From positions 1,905 through 65,904 of the forward strand of contig JAJYZF010000015.1 of assembly GCA_021800165.1 (NCBI GenBank): a stretch of DNA of 64,000 nt, in the 5' to 3' direction. Position numbers and translations under genes: made by a program. Positions 36,815 to 46,017 of the stretch are shown one piece after another. This stretch comes from Planctomycetota bacterium. Its GTDB lineage: Bacteria; Planctomycetota; Phycisphaerae; WQYP01. Under the pieces are notes generated by a model that saw nothing but the letters and a program-made list of their open reading frames with translations, was not told where the DNA came from and made no database searches. Positions within the stretch are counted from its first letter, which is position 1; each line of letters starts with the position of its first letter.

Positions 36815-37735
36815 ATGAGCGGCCATGGCAGGACGGCGATGACCAATCCACGAACCATTGCTTCTTTTTCCTATCGAGTGGCCATGCCCTATGAGCCGGG
36901 CGTCGCGCGGCGCGACCCCAGTCCGGTTATACGTGTTGGTGATAGGTACTTTGTGTGGTATAGCAAATCTTTGATCGATTCCTCCGGATATAGCGCTACC
37001 ATTTTTTGGGCCACCTCCACGGACGGTCTGGTCTGGCGGGAATGTGGTGAAGCCCTGGGCCGAGGTGGGAATGGGGCTTGGGATGAACATGCGGTGTTCA
37101 CTCCCAGCATTCTGGTGACCCCGATTCACTTTTTTCTCTTTTACACCGGCGTGCCGGAGCCGTTTGACAACGATAACGGCGGCTCGCGAGCCACACCCAC
37201 TGCCATTGGTGTCGCCTGGGCCGAGAACCCGCACGGGCCGTGGCACCGTTGTGGTAGAGAGCCGGTGTTGCGGCCCGGCAGAAATGATGCGTTCGATTCG
37301 CATCGTGTGGATGATGCATGCTTGATTGTGCGCAATGGTCGTTACTGGCTTTATTACAAAGGCCGGGCTGCGGACTCTAGCCCGTTGGAAACGAAAATGG
37401 GCCTGGCGATTGCGGACCAGCCGGCGGGCCGGTACGTTAAATCATCGCGGAATCCCTTGATCGATGGTGGTCATGAGGTTTGCGTGTTTCCCCACGGCAG
37501 CGGTGTGGCAGCGTTGGTTTCGCCCGTCGGGCCTGCCGGAGCTACGTTGCAGTATGCCGCCGATGGTTTTTATTTTCAGAAGGTCTGTGGGCTCAAGCCG
37601 CCCGCAGCACCTGGGCCGTATCGTGAGGACCATTATCGAGACGGCGTTGCACCTGGTATTCGGTGGGGGCTTTGCCATCAGGCTGATCCCGGGCAAACGC
37701 CCCGCCCGTATCTGCTGCGTTTCGATGTCCATTGA
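36815..37735 (+). CDS. Five-bladed beta-propeller glycoside hydrolase-like protein (GH43/GH117-like), no signal peptide
   Basis: RDPSPVIRVGDRYFVWYS, WATSTDGLVW, WDEHAVFTPSIL..FFLFYTG and DDACLIVRNGRYWLYYKG are repeated blade patterns. Confidence 0.55.
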   Translation: MSGHGRTAMTNPRTIASFSYRVAMPYEPGVARRDPSPVIRVGDRYFVWYSKSLIDSSGYSATIFWATSTDGLVWRECGEALGRGGNGAWDEHAVFTPSILVTPIHFFLFYTGVPEPFDNDNGGSRATPTAIGVAWAENPHGPWHRCGREPVLRPGRNDAFDSHRVDDACLIVRNGRYWLYYKGRAADSSPLETKMGLAIADQPAGRYVKSSRNPLIDGGHEVCVFPHGSGVAALVSPVGPAGATLQYAADGFYFQKVCGLKPPAAPGPYREDHYRDGVAPGIRWGLCHQADPGQTPRPYLLRFDVH

Positions 37736-37940
37736 TAGCGGGCCGGCGGCAGCCAATGCTTGCGGGTGATTGTCAATTCGTGGTTGGAAAAAGTCATTCA
37801 AAATACTGGCCGAAGAACTCTTCGGCTTGATGTTCCGTCAGGCTCTCACGCGGAGACCCTGTTACCGCCGGCGTCTCCGCCCAGGGTAAAATACGAAAAT
37901 GTTGATCTGCCGGGATGTTCAGCCATTATTCCCCGGTTTC

Positions 37941-38208
37941 TCACTTATGTTGCTGGTGCTCGTCGAGCCAATCCAGATTGGCGTACAAGTCTTCCTCGTT
38001 GAAGCTCTCCAAGCCGAGAATGTCACAGGCGGCGTGACTGGAGGCCAGACGTACCGCCGAAAGACGCGAGCCTTGATCGATGATGCGGGCGATGGTCTAC
38101 CAGAGCGATGGTCCGGTGTTTGACCTTGCCGTCCTGGCGATAAGAGTCGCGTAGGAGGTGGCGAATGTATGGGCCGATTTCACTGGTGTACGCGTGCATA
38201 GTGAGCAC
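37941..38208 (-). pseudogene. Truncated, frameshifted N-terminal fragment of an IS1634/IS4-type DDE transposase
   Basis: Frame a gives MHAYTSEIGPYIRHLLRDSYRQDGKVKHRTIA. Frame b then gives TIARIIDQGSRLSAVRLASSHAACDILGLESFNEEDLYANLDWLDEHQQHK followed by a stop. The two segments join at a duplicated ACCATCGC. No DDE core follows. An AT-rich flank lies at 38210..38260. Confidence 0.7.
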
Positions 38209-38385
38209 GTAAAGACAATAATAAATCTAAGTACATTGACGATGGAAAATATTGCAAAACGCGTTAGTGGCGGGACGCAAACACACAAAAGCGGCGCGTA
38301 ACTCATTTCCAATCACTATGAGCTGCACAAAACACCTGTTGGAACATCTGGTTCAATGGAGTGCGTGTACCGATTTTACTTTTGG

Positions 38386-40260
38386 CTACTTGGCTCCCGT
38401 AGCGCCTGGTGTCCAATAGGCTTGGCCTTGTTGGTATGCGCCCAAATCGGGGCGGCGACCATGCACGAGCGGGGCAATACCCGCAACCATTCGGCCGGCG
38501 TGCAGCGCCGGAGCGCCAGGCCGGAGCCGAAAATTATCTCGTGCTGGATCTACCAATTGTCGCTGCGGTCTTTTCCCGAGATAAAGGTTATTCATGCTTT
38601 GATAATGTACGCCAATCGGCCAATCCTTCTGGCCGGTAGGCCGCCGGGAAACAAATGTACGAGCGCCGACTGGAAGGCAATTAAAAAGAGTGTTGTTGAC
38701 GATAAGTTCATTGGCACAGGGGCCATTAATACGTACGCCGGCATCTCCGGGACAATTCCATATCACGTTGTGGTCCACGATGAAATTGCGGCAGCCATTG
38801 TCCAAATAGATTCCGGGATTAGGCCCGAAATTGTAATTGCCATGAATCCAGTTGAAGGCGATTCTGGTTTCACCGCCATTAGTACCCCAGGCATAAATAA
38901 TGCCCAGATCCCGGCAGAGCAGACCGGCATGATAACAATTATTAAATTCAATCACATCATGGTGGGGATGTTTAAATTGGAGAATATCTCGGCCGGAATT
39001 AAATACCGTGTTAAACAGAACACGGTTGTTGCGACCGGTGAGAATCTGCAGTGGACAGGCATAAGTACCGGAATAATCTGTATTCCGTATAACGTTGCGG
39101 CTGACCAGGTTGTCATTTCCCTCAATGACGATGCCATCTCCGGCCGACCAGGCAATCCGGCAATGTTCAACCGTGTTATAGTTTCCGGTGACTACAATAC
39201 CACAAGGCCGCAGGCCCACCCCAGGTGGAACGGCTTGGCGATGCTCAGACAGCGGAAGATATTGGCCGAGGTATCGGCACCGACAATGACTTAAGATACA
39301 ATGGTCACCCAGAATACGTACTGCTCCTCCGCGGAAAGTTAAGCTGCGAATGACCACCCAGGATCTGCGCCGGATATCCACACACCATGGTTGCTTCTGA
39401 ATGGTGATACGGTATTGGGCCGGCGTTTGTCCTGGAGCCAGTCCCAGGTACAACCGGCCAGTGCGATACGCCCACTGGGTAGGCTGTCCCAGAAATCGTC
39501 GAAGGCCCATAAGGTAGCCCTGACCGCGTCCCGCAAACCACCAATGAGTGCGATTGGCAAGCCTCAAGATACCAGTACGACTCGACGCCTTTACCAGAGC
39601 CGTTTGTACAGACCAGGCAACGCCAACCCGACCCACAAAAAGTGCACCGCGGAAATAATTGCGGCGGTGGCCCGCAAACCCCGGTGCAAAAATCCGTCGG
39701 GAAGTGGAAAAATAACCATAACCCTGCTGGCCCTTGGCGGGCACCGTTACCTGAGCCGCCCCCGGCTGAAAGGGTGTAGGTACGGCCTGCCGTGGGTAGC
39801 GGGCGGGTAAAATCAGACGTCCATTGAGAAACACTTGCGTCAATCGGATAGGATGTGTGTGCGGCACTGGAGCCGAGTAGATATGGCCCCGGTACCATTG
39901 CCAGCCACTGATGGGAACGGCTGCGTCAATCACGACGTGGGCGTGACGATATGGCTCAAACGTCATGGGCTCTCCGGCAAGGCCTGAACGGTCGACCTTC
40001 AAGGTCTGATGGTAAACACCGGCGAGAATGCGGCAGATATCGCCCGGTCTCATTTGCCTGGCGGCGGCCGCCAAGGTGCGTAAAGGTAGGCTGACGCTCA
40101 AGCCGGAATTGTTGTCGTTGCCTTGTTTCGATAGGTAAAAGATTCGTCCCACGGCCGAAGTTTCCGACCGGAACGCAACGACCATGACCAGCGCCATGAG
40201 AAATAGGATACCACTACCTGTCCGCCGGCTTGCTTTGAAATTAGACCTTTGTTGGATCAT
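38386..40260 (-). CDS. Secreted right-handed parallel beta-helix repeat protein (pectate-lyase fold)
   Basis: Signal peptide (RRTGSGILFLMALVMVVAF). GDICRILAGVYHQTL, repeated N-x-V/I-x-N turns (GNDNLVSRNVIRN, NNRVLFNTVFN, IEFNNCYH, IAFNWIHGN). Its start overlaps the upstream sulfatase stop by 20 nt. Confidence 0.7.
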   Translation of the reverse strand: MIQQRSNFKASRRTGSGILFLMALVMVVAFRSETSAVGRIFYLSKQGNDNNSGLSVSLPLRTLAAAARQMRPGDICRILAGVYHQTLKVDRSGLAGEPMTFEPYRHAHVVIDAAVPISGWQWYRGHIYSAPVPHTHPIRLTQVFLNGRLILPARYPRQAVPTPFQPGAAQVTVPAKGQQGYGYFSTSRRIFAPGFAGHRRNYFRGALFVGRVGVAWSVQTALVKASSRTGILRLANRTHWWFAGRGQGYLMGLRRFLGQPTQWAYRTGRLYLGLAPGQTPAQYRITIQKQPWCVDIRRRSWVVIRSLTFRGGAVRILGDHCILSHCRCRYLGQYLPLSEHRQAVPPGVGLRPCGIVVTGNYNTVEHCRIAWSAGDGIVIEGNDNLVSRNVIRNTDYSGTYACPLQILTGRNNRVLFNTVFNSGRDILQFKHPHHDVIEFNNCYHAGLLCRDLGIIYAWGTNGGETRIAFNWIHGNYNFGPNPGIYLDNGCRNFIVDHNVIWNCPGDAGVRINGPCANELIVNNTLFNCLPVGARTFVSRRPTGQKDWPIGVHYQSMNNLYLGKRPQRQLVDPARDNFRLRPGAPALHAGRMVAGIAPLVHGRRPDLGAYQQGQAYWTPGATGAK

Positions 40261-41638
40261 CTAGTTCCCTTTCGAATTGTTGCAGGGTGTGCCAAAGCGT
40301 TTTGCGTACAGTGGCGTGTCGGGCCGAGGCGTTTAGATTGGTGGTCTCCCATGGATCGCGTTGGAGATCAAAAAGCTGGACCACATCCACATGGGGATAA
40401 TAAATCAATTTGTGCCGGCGGGTTCGCACCGAGCGCTGAAAATCGCGGTAGCGGCAGAACACGGCTGGATATATTTCCCGTGACGGGCCGTGAAGCAACT
40501 CAACCAAACTTGGAAACTCCACCGTGTTTGGTATGGGAAGACCAAGCAACTCATGCACTGTGGGGAAAATACTGTGTTGATACACCGGCACATCCACTAT
40601 TTTACCAGCGGGAATATGGGGGCCGCGGATAACCAGTGGTATCCGAACACTGCAATCATAAAGATTCTGCTTGCCCATCAGGCCATGCTCGCCCACAGCC
40701 AGACCGTGATCGGAGGTAAAAATGACGATGGTATTGGCAGCTTGGCCGGACTTTTCCAGCGCCGCAAGCACGCGTCCCACCGCTGTATCCAACTGCGTTA
40801 CGGCAGCATAGTATTCCGAGAGATGCAGCCGTACGGCCTCCGGCGTGCGCGGGAACGGTGCCAGCAGTTCGTCGCGGATATGAAAGTCGCCCTGATCAAA
40901 CGGATGGCAGGGCAGGAAATTGGGAGGCAATTTCTGACGCCTTGGCGGATATAGGTTCACATATTTTTTTTCCGCCTGTCGTGGATCGTGCGGCATGTGA
41001 AAGCCCACGTATAAACAGAATGGCTCACGGGCATTGCCCCTTGCGCTTAAAAATTCCTCTGCGGCCATAGCCCATACCAGGGCCGAATGGGCGATTTTAT
41101 CGGGTCCGAGTCCCAGATATTGGCGTACGTTAATCCAGTTTCCTTTTTGGCTTTTATCCCATGGCTTCCAACGGTTGCCCGGACTTGGGCGATGATAAGC
41201 GGGGCCATTGACAGGACTGGATTCAAACATTCCGGCCGGTCCTAGAGGTCCCCAAGTGCGAAAGGCGCGTTTCAAGCTCGTTTGTGACAGGTGCCATTTA
41301 CCGATTAGGTGCGTATGGTAGCCGACTTGAGTCAACGCTTGCGGCCACATCGGCACATCGTCGCCTGCGGATTCGGCATGAAAGGTTGTCAGGCCAGTAT
41401 GCATCATCGTGCGACTGGCGATACAGATTGCCGGCGTCCACGAACCCTGATGGAATGCGTGGGTGAAGGCACAACCACCGGCAACCAGGTGATCGAGGTT
41501 GGGCGTATGCACACGTCGATTGTGCAAGGCTCCAACGGCGCGGTAGGTCATGTCATCGGCAATCATCAAGACAATATTGGGTTGGCCGCCGAGCGAACTC
41601 GGTTCCCCCCGCTTAGGCGATACATGTGTTTTTTTCAT
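40241..41638 (-). CDS. Sulfatase with non-canonical C-I-A-S-R active-site motif, cytoplasmic
   Basis: NIVLMIADDM, WTPAICIASRTMMHTG, FTSDHG and GKQNLYD. No signal peptide. Confidence 0.85.
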   Translation of the reverse strand: MKKTHVSPKRGEPSSLGGQPNIVLMIADDMTYRAVGALHNRRVHTPNLDHLVAGGCAFTHAFHQGSWTPAICIASRTMMHTGLTTFHAESAGDDVPMWPQALTQVGYHTHLIGKWHLSQTSLKRAFRTWGPLGPAGMFESSPVNGPAYHRPSPGNRWKPWDKSQKGNWINVRQYLGLGPDKIAHSALVWAMAAEEFLSARGNAREPFCLYVGFHMPHDPRQAEKKYVNLYPPRRQKLPPNFLPCHPFDQGDFHIRDELLAPFPRTPEAVRLHLSEYYAAVTQLDTAVGRVLAALEKSGQAANTIVIFTSDHGLAVGEHGLMGKQNLYDCSVRIPLVIRGPHIPAGKIVDVPVYQHSIFPTVHELLGLPIPNTVEFPSLVELLHGPSREIYPAVFCRYRDFQRSVRTRRHKLIYYPHVDVVQLFDLQRDPWETTNLNASARHATVRKTLWHTLQQFERELDDPTKV

Positions 41639-41801
41639 ACTAATTCCGGCTTATATCAATTGGGTTGCAAGGACTGGAACGGCCGGTGGCCTAAACCATC
41701 AAGGTTGTCTTATGACCTGTCAGGAAGGCCTTTGGTGCTCCACGGTAGGCAAGTACGGTCCAATTGCCAACCTGCGTGATTCTTTATAATGGAAAAATGA
41801 T

Positions 41802-41830
41802 TTGACAGCAAGTCCAATTAAATGTAACAT
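41802..41830 (+). promoter_or_regulatory. Sigma70-like promoter TTGACA-17 nt-TAACAT upstream of the LacI-family gene
   Basis: Hexamers are at 41802..41807 and 41825..41830, in an AT-rich divergent region shared with the sulfatase operon. Confidence 0.55.
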
Positions 41831-41836
41831 ACCTTT

Positions 41837-41858
41837 ATGGAACAAAAATGGAACAAAA
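41837..41858 (+). repeat. Tandem 11-mer ATGGAACAAAA x2 just downstream of the -10 box
   Basis: Read directly. It also opens a 16-codon ORF (MEQKWNKNKFTKKRWG) that ends at 41887, 2 nt before ATG 41890. Confidence 0.6.
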
Positions 41859-41889
41859 ATAAATTTACCAAAAAGAGATGGGGATAAAC

Positions 41890-42987
41890 ATGGGTAACGC
41901 TACGATTTTGGAAGTAGCCCAGGCGGCTGGCGTGGGAATCGGTACGGTTTCACGCGTCATCAACCACTTGGACACTGTTAAGTCTGCGACGGCGGAGGCC
42001 GTTCATAAGGCCATGGCCGACCTGGGATACACTCCGCCAGCACCGGAAAAACGCCGGGGAAGACGAATCGGTCAGGCGTACCCACGAAAAGCCGCAGCCA
42101 ATTTACTGCTATTGATTGTCGGTGAGCAGGGCCTGCGATGGATGTTAAGTATGGCTCCAATCTATTCCGCGGTGATCGACGGTATCGAAAAGGGGGCGGC
42201 GGCGCACGGCATAAATATGCTGGTCCGACAGACCGCAACCTGGAATGAGCTTGCGACGGTGGTGGAAGACAATACCGCCCGTGGGACCATTCTTTTCGGT
42301 TCGCATGAACCACTGGGTATTCCCCCCGGCGTTCTGCAGAGGAAGCCGGCTATCTGGGTGATGGGTAGCCCGGAAAATTTTTCCGGAGACCATGTGCAGC
42401 CGGACCACACCAAAATCGGCGTTTTGGCCGCCCAGTATCTGCGTCGGCACAAACACTTTCGCTGTGCGTATCTGGGTTCTGGGGAGGGCACGCCCAAGTT
42501 TCACATTGGCTACCGCGCCACCGGCTTTCGCTGGGCTATGGAAAATGCCGGCGGTAGCGTGGATATGCTTATAAACCCGGCGATTGTTATCAACGATAAG
42601 GAACACAACGCTCCCAATGAACCGCTTATCGCCAAGTTGCTCCAGCGGCTGGTTGGCCTGAAGCCCCGGCCATCGGCGCTAATGCTGGAGGCGGATATGC
42701 TCGCACCAGTGACGTATCGACTGCTGCAGTCGAGCGGTGTGATCCCGCAAAAGGATATCACCATCGTTACCTGCAACAATGAGCAACCTTATCTGCTGTC
42801 TTTGCATCCACGGCCCGTAGTGATTGACCTGCAGGCGCAAGCGATTGGCAAACGGGCGGTGGATCAGTTGTTGTGGCGCAGCGAAAATCCGCGGGAGCCT
42901 GCGGTACGGGTCATGGTGGAGCCTGCGCTGGTGGAACCAGGTGTGAATGGTAGCGGGATGCCCATCGGGCGGCACAATGAAAACTAG
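41890..42987 (+). CDS. LacI family transcriptional regulator
   Basis: The HTH is ATILEVAQAAGVGIGTVSRVINHLDTVKSATAEAVHKAMADLGYTP, followed by a periplasmic-binding-protein-like core. An alternative start exists at 41878. Confidence 0.9.
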   Translation: MGNATILEVAQAAGVGIGTVSRVINHLDTVKSATAEAVHKAMADLGYTPPAPEKRRGRRIGQAYPRKAAANLLLLIVGEQGLRWMLSMAPIYSAVIDGIEKGAAAHGINMLVRQTATWNELATVVEDNTARGTILFGSHEPLGIPPGVLQRKPAIWVMGSPENFSGDHVQPDHTKIGVLAAQYLRRHKHFRCAYLGSGEGTPKFHIGYRATGFRWAMENAGGSVDMLINPAIVINDKEHNAPNEPLIAKLLQRLVGLKPRPSALMLEADMLAPVTYRLLQSSGVIPQKDITIVTCNNEQPYLLSLHPRPVVIDLQAQAIGKRAVDQLLWRSENPREPAVRVMVEPALVEPGVNGSGMPIGRHNEN

Positions 42988-43044
42988 GCCAGGGCCGGTG
43001 CTTCAGAAGACACCGTCACCAACGAGCCACTAGAGATATGGGAA

Positions 43045-44139
43045 GTGTTCATGCTGCTGCATCAAGACGTTGGCTTTCACAACGTGACGCAACTCGAGCC
43101 TGCTGAAGGCGGAGGCCTGTATCTGCGTCGTTTCCCTGCCCCGGTACGCAGCAAATTGATTCCTTTGGGGCGTATGGTTTCTGCGGAGTCTTCCGGAGTA
43201 GAGTTACGCTTTGTGACCGATTCTCCAAACTTTTGTCTGGCCGTAAGCAGCCGTCCATCGGTGTTGGCCCCTTTCGAGACGCACCTGCAGGATCTGTTTA
43301 TTTTCCGGGGAGCATTCCTGCATTCGCATCATCGGTTGGACCCCGGAAAAATCAACCGCATTAACGTGATAAACATTGGAAATGTGGAAAAGTTCAATGA
43401 GATTGCGGAGCCACACGGTCTGGCCTGCGGTTTTTCCTGGAAGGTGTGGCGCATATTGTTCGGGCGATATCCGGCGATCTATTGGGGATTGGACACGTAT
43501 GACTCACCGCGGCGCCCCCCGCTTGCCACAGAGGTGCCCACACGCCGCTGGCTGGCTTACGGCTCGTCGATTACCCATGGCGGTGCGGCCACGCTGCATC
43601 ATGGGGCCTACATTTACCATGCGGCCCGTGTTGCCGGGCTGGATGTGCTCAATCAGGGCCTGTCCGGTTCCTGCCAGTGCGAAACGCATGTAGCGGACTA
43701 TTTTTCCGCACGCACCGACTGGGATATCATCACCTTGGAAATAGGCGTGAATCTGCGACCTTCCACAAGTCCGCAGGAGTATTTCCGGCGCGTCAGCTAT
43801 ATGCTCGAGAAGCTGCGGCAGACGCATCCTGCGGCCCCGATTGTTCTGCTGACCATTTTTCCTAATGCCGCGTCGGCCGCTCACACCGCTGGTACCAATG
43901 CGGTGAGTACTGAAAGGGAAAGCCAGTTCAACGCCATCCTGCGGGACTTGGTAACGGGTAACGCGGCCGGCAATGTGTATTTGGTTGAAGGCCACGAGCT
44001 TCTTGATAACTTCGGTGACCTGAGTGTGGATCTGATTCATCCCAGTGATTATGGGCATGCCCGTATGGGGGCAAATCTGGGATTACGGCTTCGCCGAATT
44101 TTGGATACGACCAGCCCATATCCGTTATCTGCAGCCTGA
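43045..44139 (+). CDS. SGNH/GDSL hydrolase family protein (probable carbohydrate esterase)
   Basis: Block I is WLAYGSSITHGG and block V is DLIHPSDYGH. The N-terminal ~150 aa is an extra domain. The start is GTG 43045 or ATG 43051. Confidence 0.75.
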   Translation: MFMLLHQDVGFHNVTQLEPAEGGGLYLRRFPAPVRSKLIPLGRMVSAESSGVELRFVTDSPNFCLAVSSRPSVLAPFETHLQDLFIFRGAFLHSHHRLDPGKINRINVINIGNVEKFNEIAEPHGLACGFSWKVWRILFGRYPAIYWGLDTYDSPRRPPLATEVPTRRWLAYGSSITHGGAATLHHGAYIYHAARVAGLDVLNQGLSGSCQCETHVADYFSARTDWDIITLEIGVNLRPSTSPQEYFRRVSYMLEKLRQTHPAAPIVLLTIFPNAASAAHTAGTNAVSTERESQFNAILRDLVTGNAAGNVYLVEGHELLDNFGDLSVDLIHPSDYGHARMGANLGLRLRRILDTTSPYPLSAA

Positions 44140-44142
44140 AGG

Positions 44143-45978
44143 ATGATTGTGATGATTCTTGCCACGGTTCGCGGTTTTACCGATTGGGATTATGCCGTCG
44201 TTGCCTTTTATTTTACTTTCATGGTTAGTATTGGCTTGGTGTTCCGGCACTATAGCAAAAATATCAGCGACTATTTCCGCGGGGGCGGGTCTATGCTGTG
44301 GTGGATGAGTGGGGCTTCGGCGATGATGGGGGCGATGAGCGCCTGGTCTTTTACGGGTGCTGCTGGCGAATATTATAAGACTGGATTTTTGCTGTATTTG
44401 GGAGTCTTTTTGCCCGGAAATATCATTGGCGGATTGATCGGCATTTTTTATACATCCTATCGCTTTCGGCAGATGCGCGTGATCACGTCTGTTCATGCCA
44501 TTCGCCGGCGTTATGGCCCCATCAACGAACAATTTTACGTGTGGGTCCAAGTACCTATTAACCTCTTTTATGGCGGGTTAGTGCTCAACACCCTTAGTGT
44601 ATTCTTATGCGCAGCTTTTGGGACGAACCTGCTGGCGACCGTGATTACCACGGGTGTGATTGTGTTGTTTGTGTCGTCGGCGGGAGGGGCCTGGGGTGTT
44701 ATCGCCGGAGATTTTGTGCAGATGCTGGTAATGCAGTCGGTGGTCCTCACCACCGCAATTCTCACGTTGCATTTGCCGCAGATTGGCGGCTTTGGTGGTT
44801 TGCTTCATCAATTGCCGGCGTCGGCCTTCCACTGGACTATGTTGGTCCGCCCCCAGGTATTGTACTTATGGCTGGGAGCCATGATGATCGGCGGAGTCTT
44901 GGGATCTTTTGATTTATCCAATGGAGCTGCTCGATTCATGACGGTAAAGGACGGCCGTAACGCCGTCAAGGCAGCCACTATGATGTTGGTCATCGGATCT
45001 TTTGGTGGCATATTTATTATGGTCCCACCCTTGGCGGCGCGGGTCCTGTATCCCAACCTGCACCTGATTGTGCCCAACCTTCATCATCCTTCAGAGGCTG
45101 CTTATTTAGTGGTGGCTATGCGCGTGCTGCCGGATGGCATGTTGGGGCTGCTGGTAACGGGCCTCTTTGCGGTTACCATGGCCAATATGGATACCGGTCT
45201 GAATCGCAATGCCGGCATCTTTATTAAAAATTTCTACAGCCCGGTGTTGCGTCCAAACGCCACGGAACAGGAGTTGATGTTGGCCAGTCGGATATGCTCG
45301 GTTATTTTTGGCCTTCTGATTATCGGTATTGGAATTTTGATTGCACTTTTCCGGACGGCCAATTTGTTTAATTATGTTATCGTGTTGGGCGTGTTGTTGG
45401 GGGTTCCGCTTACAGTGCCGCTGGCTTGGGGCATGGTAATCAAGCGTACACCGCCATGGGCGGCATGGAGCACGGTTCTGGTAGGGTTTTTCGTCGCGGC
45501 CATGTTTCGCTTTGCCATACCGGTTTCCTGGTTCCAATACGTGATGGGCTGGCATCGAGCGCTCTCACCGACAGCCGCACAGGATGTGATGTTTTTCAGC
45601 ATGACCATAGCTGTTTTAGGAATCGCATCCGGCTGGTACTTTTTTACCATGAGATTTGCCGACCGTTCGCCCGCCTCATACAAGAGAGATGTGGACATGT
45701 TTTTTAAAGATATGAATACGCCGATTGATCCGGTAGCCGAAGGTGTTCCAGGGGAGGATTACCGCCAGTGCCGCGTGATCAGCAGGCTTTGTCTGATTTA
45801 CGGCACAGCCATGTTGCTGGCTATGTTGATTCCCAATGCTCTAAGTGGACGCTTGTGTTTTCTGGCTATCGGCGGGGCCATTCTCACCATCAGTTTGTTG
45901 TTGCATTTGGCGGGGCGCAAGGCCCAGCGGATCGATTCCGCCGCGTTGACCGCGTCGGAGGTATCAGTACCTACGTGA
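44143..45978 (+). CDS. Sodium:solute symporter (SSS) family transporter
   Basis: DYFRGGGSMLWWMSGASAMMGAMSAWSFTGAAGEYY is an SSS N-terminal signature. About 13-14 TM segments are present. The start is 44143 or 44152. Confidence 0.85.
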   Translation: MIVMILATVRGFTDWDYAVVAFYFTFMVSIGLVFRHYSKNISDYFRGGGSMLWWMSGASAMMGAMSAWSFTGAAGEYYKTGFLLYLGVFLPGNIIGGLIGIFYTSYRFRQMRVITSVHAIRRRYGPINEQFYVWVQVPINLFYGGLVLNTLSVFLCAAFGTNLLATVITTGVIVLFVSSAGGAWGVIAGDFVQMLVMQSVVLTTAILTLHLPQIGGFGGLLHQLPASAFHWTMLVRPQVLYLWLGAMMIGGVLGSFDLSNGAARFMTVKDGRNAVKAATMMLVIGSFGGIFIMVPPLAARVLYPNLHLIVPNLHHPSEAAYLVVAMRVLPDGMLGLLVTGLFAVTMANMDTGLNRNAGIFIKNFYSPVLRPNATEQELMLASRICSVIFGLLIIGIGILIALFRTANLFNYVIVLGVLLGVPLTVPLAWGMVIKRTPPWAAWSTVLVGFFVAAMFRFAIPVSWFQYVMGWHRALSPTAAQDVMFFSMTIAVLGIASGWYFFTMRFADRSPASYKRDVDMFFKDMNTPIDPVAEGVPGEDYRQCRVISRLCLIYGTAMLLAMLIPNALSGRLCFLAIGGAILTISLLLHLAGRKAQRIDSAALTASEVSVPT

Positions 45979-45982
45979 GTTA

Positions 45983-46004
45983 CCGGGGGTTCTCCGGAAT
46001 TATT
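45983..46004 (+). terminator. Weak candidate terminator (CCGGGG-GTT-CTCCGG then AATTATT)
   Basis: A 6-bp stem including one G-T pair, read directly 5 nt after the SSS stop codon. Confidence 0.3.
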
Positions 46005-46017
46005 GCGTGGCAGAACC

